Origin: an uncultured Gammaproteobacteria bacterium
GTDB taxonomy: Bacteria > Pseudomonadota > Gammaproteobacteria > Steroidobacterales > Steroidobacteraceae
NCBI GenBank assembly: GCA_963728295.1
Contig: CAVSKB010000004.1
Span: forward strand, 18,963 to 82,962
DNA: 64,000 nt
Direction: 5' to 3'
The number at the start of each line of letters is the position of its first letter. The first letter of the stretch is position 1. Shown one piece after another: positions 55,998-64,000 of the stretch. The translations under genes were made by a program, and so were the position numbers. Below the pieces are notes generated by a model. It did not search any database, was not told where the DNA came from, and worked only from the letters and a program-made list of their open reading frames with translations.

Positions 55998-57260
55998 CCA
56001 GCCTCCCCCGCGGTCGGCTCGCGCCGTACGCCGAACCGTTCGTAATAGAAACCGAACCGCTTGCGCAGCGCGGCCACGTCGACGCCGAAATCGCCCGCGA
56101 GGTCGTAGACGACCTGCCCGTGCTTGCCGCGCGGATTGGCCGCGAGGTAGCCGCCGATCCGTGACTCGGTACCTGCCGTGAGTGCCAGGCCCGACATCGC
56201 GTACACGCGCCGGATGACCGCGGTCTGGTCGGCCATGTACTCGTGGAAGCGCACGTCGATCGAGCGTTCGACCGGCACTGCGTCGCGGTCGCGGACACAG
56301 GCGCGGAGCAGGTGCTCGACGCGCTCGATCCAGTAGCTCGCCAGCTCGCCGAGGTCGATGGTCCGGCGGCGGATGCGGTCTCCGTACGCGAGCATGGTTA
56401 TGGCGGACTGGATGACCGCGACCGGGTCGCGGTGCGTCACGATAACCGTGGCATCCGGATAGGTGGCATCGAGCGCGGGCAGGTTCTCCATGTGCGGAGG
56501 TGACTTCATGACCCATCGATTCGGACCCTTGAGCCAGGTCAGCGCCTGCAGGACCTTGCGCCCGTAGGCGTAGTGCGGTCGCTGGTCGTGGGCGTAGTAG
56601 TAGTCGCGCCAGCGGTAGGGTCGTGACTGCCATTCGGGAAGGTACGAGGAGAAGTCGATCCCCTGCAGCTCGATGTCCTCGTGCACGTGATCGGGTGCCA
56701 TCTCGTGCATCGCGGGCATGAGCGGCAGCACGGCTTCGAAAGCGCCCCAGGTCTCCTGCGTACGGAGGAACCGCGGATCCGGGCTGCCCGGCGCGGCGAC
56801 GTCCTCTGGTGCCGGGATGGGCTCCATCGTCTCCCAGAGCTGCATCGAGCGCAGGCGGGGATCGGCAGCCAGTATGTTGACGAGATGAGTGGTACCGGAA
56901 CGCGGCAGGCCCGCGATGATGATTGGCCGGTCGATCTGGACCTGGAGAATCTCCGGGTGACGCCGGATCAGCGTCCTCGACGCGCAGCCGGCTCGCCGCA
57001 TAACGCACCGCCTCGCCGAACATGGTCGCGCGCCCGAGCGGACCCAGGCCCGAGTCCTCCTCGAAGCTCGCAAGCCAGACGCGAAGCCGGTCGCGGAAGT
57101 CCTCGGATCCAAAGTCATCGAGCCCGGTGCGCTTGCGCGCGGCGTCGAGTACCGCCTGCTCGGTCATCGTCACGGGCGGCGCGGATGCGATCGCCTGGAC
57201 CTGCAGATCGGTGAGCACCGGGTTCGCCAGGTCGCGGATGCGGATCGTGTCGCGGCCCAT
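55994..57260 (-). CDS. PAPS-dependent sulfotransferase family protein; frame broken at about 56972 as written
   Basis: The N-part MGRDTIRIRDL...RLRVED is in ORF 55233..57260. LIRRHPEILQVQIDRPIIIAGLPRSGTTHL (5'-phosphosulfate loop) and THRDPVAVIQS (3'-phosphate motif) follow in ORF 55994..57118. The span is 3n+1. Confidence 0.8.
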
Positions 57261-57271
57261 CTCGGCGCCAG

Positions 57272-58283
57272 TCAGGCCGGAAAAGTGATCAGGACCTTGC
57301 CCGACGCCTCGCGGTCCTGCGCGACGGCGAACGCCTGGGCGTAGGCGTCGAGCGGAAAGCGATGGCTGATCATCGGGGCGACGTCGACGCCAGTCGCGAG
57401 CGTCGCCAGCACCTCCGGAAACTCGTTCGGATACGCCATCGAGGTCGTGATGGTCATTTCCTTGCCCAAAGCCATCAGGAAGTTCACCGGCACGGGGTCA
57501 TGGTGCACTGCCACGACGACGAGCGAGGCATGAAAGGGCGCCATGCCGATGATCGATGGAATCACCGCGGGCGCGCCGGACACCTCGAAGAAGGTATCGG
57601 TCCCAACGACCGGCCAGCCGAAGAGCTCGCTACGCCCGTGCAGCCCACCGAGCTCTGCCGCGACATCATCGCGAGCCGGGTTGATCGTCACGCTTGCTCC
57701 GAGCGCCCGTGCGCGAGCCAGCCGCTGATCGGATACGTCGACGACAGCCAGGTCCTCGATACCGCGCCGTGCGAGGAACAGGACGATGCCGAGTCCGATG
57801 GAGCCCGCGCCGAACACGGCGACCTTCGATCCCGGATGCACGCCCGCTCGGTTCACCGCATGCAGGGAGACCGAAAGCGGTTCCGCAAGCGCGGCCTTTC
57901 TCGAAGGACAGCGAGTCCGGAATCGGGTGGATGCCGTCGCCGACCGCGGCGTTTCGCACCAGAAGCCGCGGCGCGAACGCGCCTTCCCGGCTGCCGTTGC
58001 CGATTGCGTTGCCGCCGCCCATCGGATTGACGATGACACGCATCCCGGGCGCAAGCTTTTGCACGCTGTCCCCGACCGCGGCGATCGTGCCGGAAAGCTC
58101 GTGGCCGAGACCGATCGGATCGACGACCGGGGCCGAGACACCGCCGGTGCGGAGATAGGAAAGATCGCTGCCACAGATGCCGCAGGCGGCGACCTGGACG
58201 ACGACGTCTGCAGGTCCGGGGACCGGCTCCTCGATCTCGTCCAGGCGCAAATCGCCCGGCCCGTGCAGTCTGATTGCCTTCAT
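57272..58283 (-). CDS. Zinc-dependent medium-chain alcohol/polyol dehydrogenase; frame broken at about 57898 as written
   Basis: GICGSDL and GHELSG zinc ligands are in ORF 57666..58283, up to PDSLSFEK. AALAEPLSVSLHAV and the Rossmann motif VAVFGAGSIGLG follow in ORF 57272..58174. The junction is an aaa run (ttt at 57897-57899 on the plus strand). The span is 3n+1. Confidence 0.85.
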
Positions 58284-58295
58284 CCCTCCCTCCCG

Positions 58296-59060
58296 TCAGC
58301 CGGCGATCGTGTAGCCGCCGTCGACCGGCAGCGTCTGGCCGGTGATCCAGCTCGCCGCGGCGCTGGTCAGGAAGAGGACCGCGCCTGCGATATCGAGGGG
58401 CACGCCGTGACGTCCCACCGGGGTACGCGCAAGCGTAGGCGCGGTCCATTCCAGGTTGGCGATGGTCGCCGCCGTCATGCGGCTCTCGGTAAGACCCGCT
58501 GCGACTGCGTTGACGCGGACGTTGCGTCTCGCCCAGTGCACGGCCAGCGCGCGGGTGAGGCCGACCAGGCCGGTCTTCGCCGCGCCGTAGCCCGGCACGA
58601 CCTCGATCCCGAAGAACGACGCCATCGACGCGATGCCGACGATCGATCCGCCGCCCGGCAGGCGGCTCGCGGCGAGCTTGTCGACGCAGCGATGCGCCAT
58701 CCGGTACGCACCCGTGAGATGCATCCGGATGGCGCGCTCGAAGATCTCGGGGCGGTATTCGTCCAGCCCCAGCGCCGGCAGCGCGATCCCGGCGTTGTTT
58801 ACGAGCACGTCGAGCCGCGGCAGCGCCCCGGCGACAGCGTCGATGCTGGCGTCGTCCTCGACGTCAAGGCGCAGATAACGGTAATCGGACAGGTCGTTTT
58901 CGTACTCGGTCGTGGCGGCGCGCGTACCGGTGATGTGCACCTCGGCCCCGGCGCTGCGGTAGGCCGCGGCGATCCCGGCGCCGATGCCGCTCGTTCCGCC
59001 CGTAACCAGCACGGCGGCCCCGGTGTAGTCGAAGCGGACGTTGGGCCAGGTCGAGCTCAT
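58296..59060 (-). CDS. Short-chain dehydrogenase/reductase (FabG-like)
   Basis: 254-aa ORF with VTGGTSGIGAGIA, NNAG and catalytic YGAAKTG. Confidence 0.88.
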   Translation of the reverse strand: MSSTWPNVRFDYTGAAVLVTGGTSGIGAGIAAAYRSAGAEVHITGTRAATTEYENDLSDYRYLRLDVEDDASIDAVAGALPRLDVLVNNAGIALPALGLDEYRPEIFERAIRMHLTGAYRMAHRCVDKLAASRLPGGGSIVGIASMASFFGIEVVPGYGAAKTGLVGLTRALAVHWARRNVRVNAVAAGLTESRMTAATIANLEWTAPTLARTPVGRHGVPLDIAGAVLFLTSAAASWITGQTLPVDGGYTIAG

Positions 59061-59222
59061 TGGTCGCTCCGGGCAAGCGGTGTTGCGTCAGGTGCGAAAC
59101 TTGAACCACAAGAGTTGCGGCAAGTATGCCCCACGAACGTCATATATCGCCAGAATGCGTAGTCCTCGGCGGCGAAAGCTACGCAAACAAGGGACGCACG
59201 TTGGGCACAGCGGCGCGTCCGC

Positions 59223-59642
59223 TCAGGCAGGCTCGAGCTCGCCCCAGACCGGCTCGAACAGGATGCGCAGGATCTCGGTGTCGGCGTACAAGCGCTCGCC
59301 CGCGAGCGCGGAGTCGCCGAACCTGAGCAGGCCCATGATCCGGAAGTCGCGCGCGGGAGCCTGCTCATATCCGACGGATACGCGGTATTCCTGCAGGACA
59401 CCGAGCTCGTTGATCCACTCGCCCAGCATCTCGTAGCCCGCAATCCGCGGCGCGACGCGCGCGAAGAAATGTGCGTAGTACCGCCGCGCAAGCGGCAGGC
59501 CGGTCATCCGGAGCCCGACCGGGTACAGCTCGTAGACAGGATCGGGCTCGAGCGTGGCGAGTGTTGCAGCGAGATCGCCCTCGGTCTCCGCCGCGGCGTG
59601 ACGATGTGCAATCGCCGTCAGCTCGGCGATGGTTTTCGTCAT
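59223..59642 (-). CDS. Small NTF2/SnoaL-like fold protein (tentative)
   Basis: 139-aa ORF whose size and pattern (HAAAETEGDLAATLATL..DPVYEL) resemble SnoaL-like polyketide-cyclase-fold proteins. No catalytic motif was verified. Confidence 0.45.
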   Translation of the reverse strand: MTKTIAELTAIAHRHAAAETEGDLAATLATLEPDPVYELYPVGLRMTGLPLARRYYAHFFARVAPRIAGYEMLGEWINELGVLQEYRVSVGYEQAPARDFRIMGLLRFGDSALAGERLYADTEILRILFEPVWGELEPA

Positions 59643-59652
59643 TGGTCGAGGC

Positions 59653-60042
59653 TCAGGAGCCGCGGCGCGCGGTCACGAGCATCCAGTCGTGCGTGACGGC
59701 TTCGGCCTGCGCGGGCGGCGCGTAGCGGAATGTCGCGACCCAGGACGCGAGCGCGGCCTGCAGGCACACGGGCGCGTCCGGCGGCGTGATGGCGCCGAGG
59801 CTGCCGGTGCGGCCGTCGATCCCGACGGTGTAACTGATTCGATAGGTGCGGCCGGCGATCACCGTGCAATCGGTCGGCAGGTCGAAGCGGGCGGCGTCGA
59901 GCAGACGCGTCGCGGGTGGCGGGGCGGCGGGGGCCGGAGCCGGCGTCGTCTGACAACCGGCAACGAATCCGATCGCGCAGGCCAGCGCAAGGCTGCACGT
60001 GAGTCGAAGCCGAGGTAGGGAGGGTGTGCGCCGAATGCTCAT
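59653..60042 (-). CDS. Lipoprotein of unknown function
   Basis: MSIRRTPSLPRLRLTCSLALACAIGFVAGC (lipobox VAGC) begins at 60042, inside ORF 59653..60105. It lies 10 nt upstream of the SnoaL-like gene. Confidence 0.5.
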   Translation of the reverse strand: MSIRRTPSLPRLRLTCSLALACAIGFVAGCQTTPAPAPAAPPPATRLLDAARFDLPTDCTVIAGRTYRISYTVGIDGRTGSLGAITPPDAPVCLQAALASWVATFRYAPPAQAEAVTHDWMLVTARRGS

Positions 60043-60182
60043 GGCCAGTGCTCCTTCCAGCCGCGATATTGAACCTAACCGACGAACCCGACCATGCGCG
60101 ATCATGGCAGACGCATGTTATAGGGAGCGAATCGCACAGTGAACGCCGCCACTGGATCGACGCCTCAGAGCCCTGGTCTCCC

Positions 60183-61568
60183 ATGCCCTCACCCACGCTC
60201 GGCCCGACCCGTTCTCTGTCCCTCATCGCCGCTCTCGCACTCGCGGCCAATGGTCCCGTCGCCGCCGAGCCGCCAGCGATGACGCTCGATGAAGTCGCGC
60301 GAGGCTACGTCGAGCTCGCGCTCGCCATCGGCGAGCACGATCCGAACTACGTCGACGCCTACTACGGGCCCGACGAGACCCGCGAAAGGGTGAAGGCGGC
60401 CAAGGCCGACCTCCACTCGCTCGCGCGGCGCGCCGGCGAGCTCGTGGCCGCGGCCGAAGCCGCGCCGCGGACCGACGCCGTCGACGCCGAACTCCTGGCG
60501 CTCCGGCACGACTACCTGCGACGCCAGCTCGCGAGCGCAGCGGCACGCATCGAAATGCTGCGGGGCCGGAAGATGAGCTTCGACGAGGAATCGCGGGCAC
60601 TCTACGACGCGGTCGCGCCCCGCCACGACGAGGCGTACTTCCAGGAGCGGCTGGACCGGATCGCCGCCGTACTGGTGGGGCTGCCGCCGGCGCCCGGTGT
60701 GCCTCGGCTGCCGGCGGGCGCCCCGCTCGGCGACCGGGTCGAGGCGCTGCGGGCAAGGGTGGCGATCCCGCGGGAGAAGGTCGCGGCGGTGTTCGAGCGC
60801 GCGATCACCGAGTGCCGCGCACGCAGCGCCGCCCACGTCGTGCTCCCCGCGGGAGAGAGCTTCATCGTGGAGGAGGTGACGGACAAGCCGTGGAGCGGCT
60901 ACAACTGGTACCAAGGCAGTTACCGCAGCGTGATCCAGGTCAACGTCTCGCTGCCGATCTGGATCGACCGCGCACTCGACCTCGCCTGCCACGAGGGCTA
61001 CCCCGGTCATCATCTTTACAACGCCCTGCTCGAGCGCGAGCTCGTGCGCGGCCGCGGCTGGCCGGAGTTCCAGATCTACCCGTTATTCTCGCCGCAGTCG
61101 CTCATCGCCGAGGGGACCGCCAACTACGGTATAGAGCTGGCATTTACGGCCGAAGAGCGGCTCGCGTTCGAGCGCGATGTCCTCTTCCCACTGGCCGGCC
61201 TCGACCCGGCGCTCGCCGCGCCGTATGCGCGCGTGCGCGAGCTGCTGGAGCAGCTCTCCTACGCCGGCAACGAAGCGGCGCGCCGTTATCTCGATGGGGA
61301 CATCGACGCCGCCGCGGCGGCGGCCTGGCTCGAGCGCTACACGCTCAGCTCACGTGAGCGCGCCCAGCAGCAGGTGCGCTTCATCGACACCTACCGCAGC
61401 TACGTCATCAACTACAACCTGGGACAGGACCTGGTGCGGGCGTACATCGAGGCGCGCGCGGCGGCGGCCGGGGGAGACCCGACAACCCTCGGGGAGCGGA
61501 AATGGAATGCGTTTATTGAGCTGATCTCCTCGCCGCGGCTGCCGTCAGGTCTGGAGGCCTCGCGGTAG
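60183..61568 (+). CDS. Secreted DUF885-like protein (HExxPGHH motif)
   Basis: Signal-like start MPSPTLGPTRSLSLIAALALAANGPVAA at 60183, inside ORF 60024..61568. It has the CHEGYPGHHLYN motif characteristic of DUF885-type proteins. Confidence 0.55.
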   Translation: MPSPTLGPTRSLSLIAALALAANGPVAAEPPAMTLDEVARGYVELALAIGEHDPNYVDAYYGPDETRERVKAAKADLHSLARRAGELVAAAEAAPRTDAVDAELLALRHDYLRRQLASAAARIEMLRGRKMSFDEESRALYDAVAPRHDEAYFQERLDRIAAVLVGLPPAPGVPRLPAGAPLGDRVEALRARVAIPREKVAAVFERAITECRARSAAHVVLPAGESFIVEEVTDKPWSGYNWYQGSYRSVIQVNVSLPIWIDRALDLACHEGYPGHHLYNALLERELVRGRGWPEFQIYPLFSPQSLIAEGTANYGIELAFTAEERLAFERDVLFPLAGLDPALAAPYARVRELLEQLSYAGNEAARRYLDGDIDAAAAAAWLERYTLSSRERAQQQVRFIDTYRSYVINYNLGQDLVRAYIEARAAAAGGDPTTLGERKWNAFIELISSPRLPSGLEASR

Positions 61569-61620
61569 GGATCGCGTTCAAGATGACGCTCGAGCGCCGA
61601 GACCTCGCTCTCGGCCCGAC

Positions 61621-63804
61621 TCACTTGCGCTCTCCGCGAGACCGGCCCGGCCCTGGTTGTCGCCTCGCCCGCGGCGCGTCGGGCAGCCCCGTGTGCTGCG
61701 TGCGGAAGGGCGTCGGCTTCCCTCCCGGTTTGCGCTTGCCCTCATGTCCGCGCCCCGTGCCGATCGGCTGATAGGCCGGCACCAGGTGCCGCTTGCTGTT
61801 GCCGATCAGATCCGCGCGACCCATGCGCCGCAGCGCCTCGCGGAGCAGCGGCCAGTTGTTCGCATCGTGATACCGGAGGAATGCCTTGTGCAGCCGGCGC
61901 ACGCGCAGGCCTTTCGGTATTACGACCTCCTCGGAGCGGTGATTGACCTTGTGCAGCGGGTTCTTGCCCGAGTGGTACATGGCGGTCGCGCTGGCCATCG
62001 GCGAGGGCAGGAACGCCTGCACCTGGTCGGCGCGGAAGCCATTGCCCTTGAGCCAGAGCGCAAGCTCGAGCATGTCCTCATCCGTCGTGCCGGGGTGAGC
62101 CGCGATGAAGTACGGGATCAGGTACTGCTCCTTGCCGGCCTCCTTCGAATACTTGTCGAACAGCGCCTTGAACCGGTCGTAGGTCCCGACACCCGGCTTC
62201 ATCATCTTCGACAGCGGGCCGTCGGAGATCGCCTCGGGCGCGATCTTCAGGTACCCGCCGACGTGATGCTGTGCGAGCTCTTTCACGTACTCCGGCGACT
62301 CGCTCGCGAGGTCGTAGCGCACACCCGAGGCGATCAGCACCTTCTTGACGCCCGACAGCGCGCGGGCGCGGCGGTAGAGCCTGATGAGCGGCGCGTGATC
62401 GGTGTCGAGATTCGGGCAGATCCCCGGGTACACGCAGGACGGCCGGCGGCACGCGCTCTCGATCTCGCGCGACTTGCACGCGAGGCGGTACATGTTGGCG
62501 GTCGGGCCGCCTAGATCCGAGATCACGCCGGTGAACCCCGGCACGGTGTCTCGCACGGTCTCGATCTCGCGGATCACCGAGTCCTCGGAGCGGCTCTGGA
62601 TGATCCGGCCCTCGTGCTCGGTGATCGAGCAGAACGTGCAGCCGCCGAAGCAACCGCGCTGGATCGCGACCGAGAACCGGATCATCTCGTAGGCGGGGAT
62701 CTTCGCCTGGCCGTAGCTCGGGTGCGGCACGCGCCGGTAGGGCAGCTCGTAGACGCCGTCCATCTCCTTTGTCGTGAGCGGGATCGGCGGCGGGTTGAGC
62801 CACACATCGACGTCGCCGTGCCGCTGCACGAGCGCGCGGGCGTTGCCCGGGTTCGACTCCATGTGAAGGATCCGCGACGCGTGTGCGTAGAGCACCGGGT
62901 CGGCCGCCACCTGCTCGAAGGATGGCATGCGCACGACGCTCCGCGCGCGGTCCGCGTTCGGCACCTTGCGGTAGAACTTCACGACCGAGACGGGGATCGT
63001 GGTGGCTGGCGCGGCCTTATCGCCCCCCGGGGCTCGCGCGGTGCCGGGCTCCGCCGCATAGGGATCGACAGGCGGGGCGAGTGGTCCGGGCGTGTCGACC
63101 GTGGTCGAGTCGATCTCGATCCAGCCCGCGGGCGTGCCGCGCCGCACGAAGGCCGTGCCGCGCAGGTCCTGGATGTCGCAGATCGGCTGACCCGCCGCCA
63201 GGCGATGCGCGATCTCGCAGATCTGCCGCTCGGCGTTGCCGTACACGAGCAGGTCCGCCTTCGCGTCGAGCAGCGCCGAGCGGCGAACCTTCTCCGACCA
63301 GTAGTCGAAGTGCGCTATCCGCCGCAGCGATGCCTCGATGCCGCCGACGACGACCGGCGTGTCCTTGTAGGCCTCGCGTACGCGCTGCGCATAGACGAGG
63401 ACGCAGCGGTCGGGCCGCGCGCCCGCGACGCCGTGGGGGGTGTAGGCATCGTCGCTGCGGATGCGGCGATCCGCCGTGTAGCGGTTCACCATCGAGTCCA
63501 TGTTGCCGCCGGTGATACCGAAGAACAGTTTCGGCTCGCCGAGCCTCGTGAAGTCGCGCTTCGAGTGCCAGTCGGGCTGCGCAATGATGCCGACTCGGAA
63601 ACCCTGAGACTCGAGCACACGCCCGACGATCGCCATGCCGAAGCTCGGGTGATCGACGTAGGCGTCGCCGGTCACCAGGATCACATCGCAGGCGTCCCAG
63701 CCGAGCTCGTCCATCTCCGGCCGGGACATCGGCAGGAACGGCGCCGGCCCGAAGCGGTGGGCCCAGTGCTTGCGGTACGTGAAGAGATCGCGGGCGGCGT
63801 CCAT
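61621..63804 (-). CDS. ygiQ: YgiQ-family (UPF0313) radical SAM protein
   Basis: 727-aa ORF with [16 protein letters not shown], the radical-SAM cluster [12 protein letters not shown], and a basic Lys/Arg-rich C-terminal tail usual for the family. Confidence 0.9.
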   Translation of the reverse strand: MDAARDLFTYRKHWAHRFGPAPFLPMSRPEMDELGWDACDVILVTGDAYVDHPSFGMAIVGRVLESQGFRVGIIAQPDWHSKRDFTRLGEPKLFFGITGGNMDSMVNRYTADRRIRSDDAYTPHGVAGARPDRCVLVYAQRVREAYKDTPVVVGGIEASLRRIAHFDYWSEKVRRSALLDAKADLLVYGNAERQICEIAHRLAAGQPICDIQDLRGTAFVRRGTPAGWIEIDSTTVDTPGPLAPPVDPYAAEPGTARAPGGDKAAPATTIPVSVVKFYRKVPNADRARSVVRMPSFEQVAADPVLYAHASRILHMESNPGNARALVQRHGDVDVWLNPPPIPLTTKEMDGVYELPYRRVPHPSYGQAKIPAYEMIRFSVAIQRGCFGGCTFCSITEHEGRIIQSRSEDSVIREIETVRDTVPGFTGVISDLGGPTANMYRLACKSREIESACRRPSCVYPGICPNLDTDHAPLIRLYRRARALSGVKKVLIASGVRYDLASESPEYVKELAQHHVGGYLKIAPEAISDGPLSKMMKPGVGTYDRFKALFDKYSKEAGKEQYLIPYFIAAHPGTTDEDMLELALWLKGNGFRADQVQAFLPSPMASATAMYHSGKNPLHKVNHRSEEVVIPKGLRVRRLHKAFLRYHDANNWPLLREALRRMGRADLIGNSKRHLVPAYQPIGTGRGHEGKRKPGGKPTPFRTQHTGLPDAPRARRQPGPGRSRGERK

Positions 63805-63859
63805 GACAATGAATATCTCAGAGCCAATATTCGGCCAAAAAATGGCTCAGGGCCAATGT

Positions 63860-64000
63860 TCAGGCGAGAGTGTGGTAGACCTTCTGGACGTCTTCATCCT
63901 GCTCGAGCTTGTCGATGAGCTCGAGGACCTCGTTGGCCTGGGCCTCCGGCAGCTCGGTGGGCGCGACACAGACGTACTCGTGCTCGGCGGAGACCGGCGC
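63860..64000 (-). CDS. yebC: 3' end of a YebC/PmpR-family transcriptional regulator; the 5' part lies outside the window
   Basis: The reverse strand reads [46 protein letters not shown] and stops at 63860-63862. LID.LE..DDVQ.VYH is the typical YebC C-terminus. Confidence 0.65.
   Translation of the reverse strand, partial: APVSAEHEYVCVAPTELPEAQANEVLELIDKLEQDEDVQKVYHTLA

Noticed and set aside
61597-61614. Short hairpin CCGAGA-cctcgc-TCTCGG between convergent DUF885-like and ygiQ genes, considered as a terminator.
   Set aside because: The stem is only 6 bp with no U-tract on either strand. That is too weak to call.
61621-61760. The basic Lys/Arg/Pro-rich C-terminal tail of YgiQ, considered as a separate feature or as frameshift debris.
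   Set aside because: It is in frame with the intact 727-codon ORF, and such basic tails are common in the YgiQ family. Nothing suggests an independent element.

Overview
This window is 64 kb of high-GC proteobacterial chromosome. Gene content and order look gammaproteobacterial, but no finer assignment is possible from sequence alone. I can support about 55 protein-coding genes. I recognised no rRNA, tRNA, CRISPR, transposase, integrase, phage, or defence/toxin genes.

Gene order, left to right:
- the tail of an FGE-domain gene, then a membrane Ser/Thr kinase
- prpBCD (methylcitrate cycle), then rsmG-parA-parB
- the F1Fo ATP synthase operon atpBEFHAGDC (no atpI), running straight into glmU and glmS
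- a small membrane protein and slyD
- on the minus strand: a YcbB-type L,D-transpeptidase, rimO with a small Cys-rich gene, a lipoprotein, an M3 peptidase, a PQQ-like beta-propeller and a large MscS-family channel
- DedA and MATE genes, then an hsp20-lon heat-shock pair
- a glycogen block (glgP ... glgB-glgX-malQ) split by a hydrolase/methyltransferase/DASS-transporter insert
- a roughly 10 kb block of oxidoreductase, hydrolase, sulfotransferase and MFS genes
- a DUF885-like gene, ygiQ and the tail of yebC

The dominant anomaly is not a new system. Seventeen genes, including essential atpF, atpH, lon and rimO, are interrupted by about 25 indel frameshifts. Most are +1 insertions in short homopolymers, and they cluster in 26-33 kb. 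I read these as sequence error unless reads show otherwise.

The only candidate for an uncharacterised functional module is a tightly packed six-gene minus-strand operon at 52.3-59.1 kb: SDR, Zn-ADH, PAPS-type sulfotransferase, DUF1214-like protein, MFS and an Fe-S old-yellow-enzyme reductase. It has overlapping stop/start codons, and its substrate is unknown. I found nothing I can honestly call a novel defence or mobile system.
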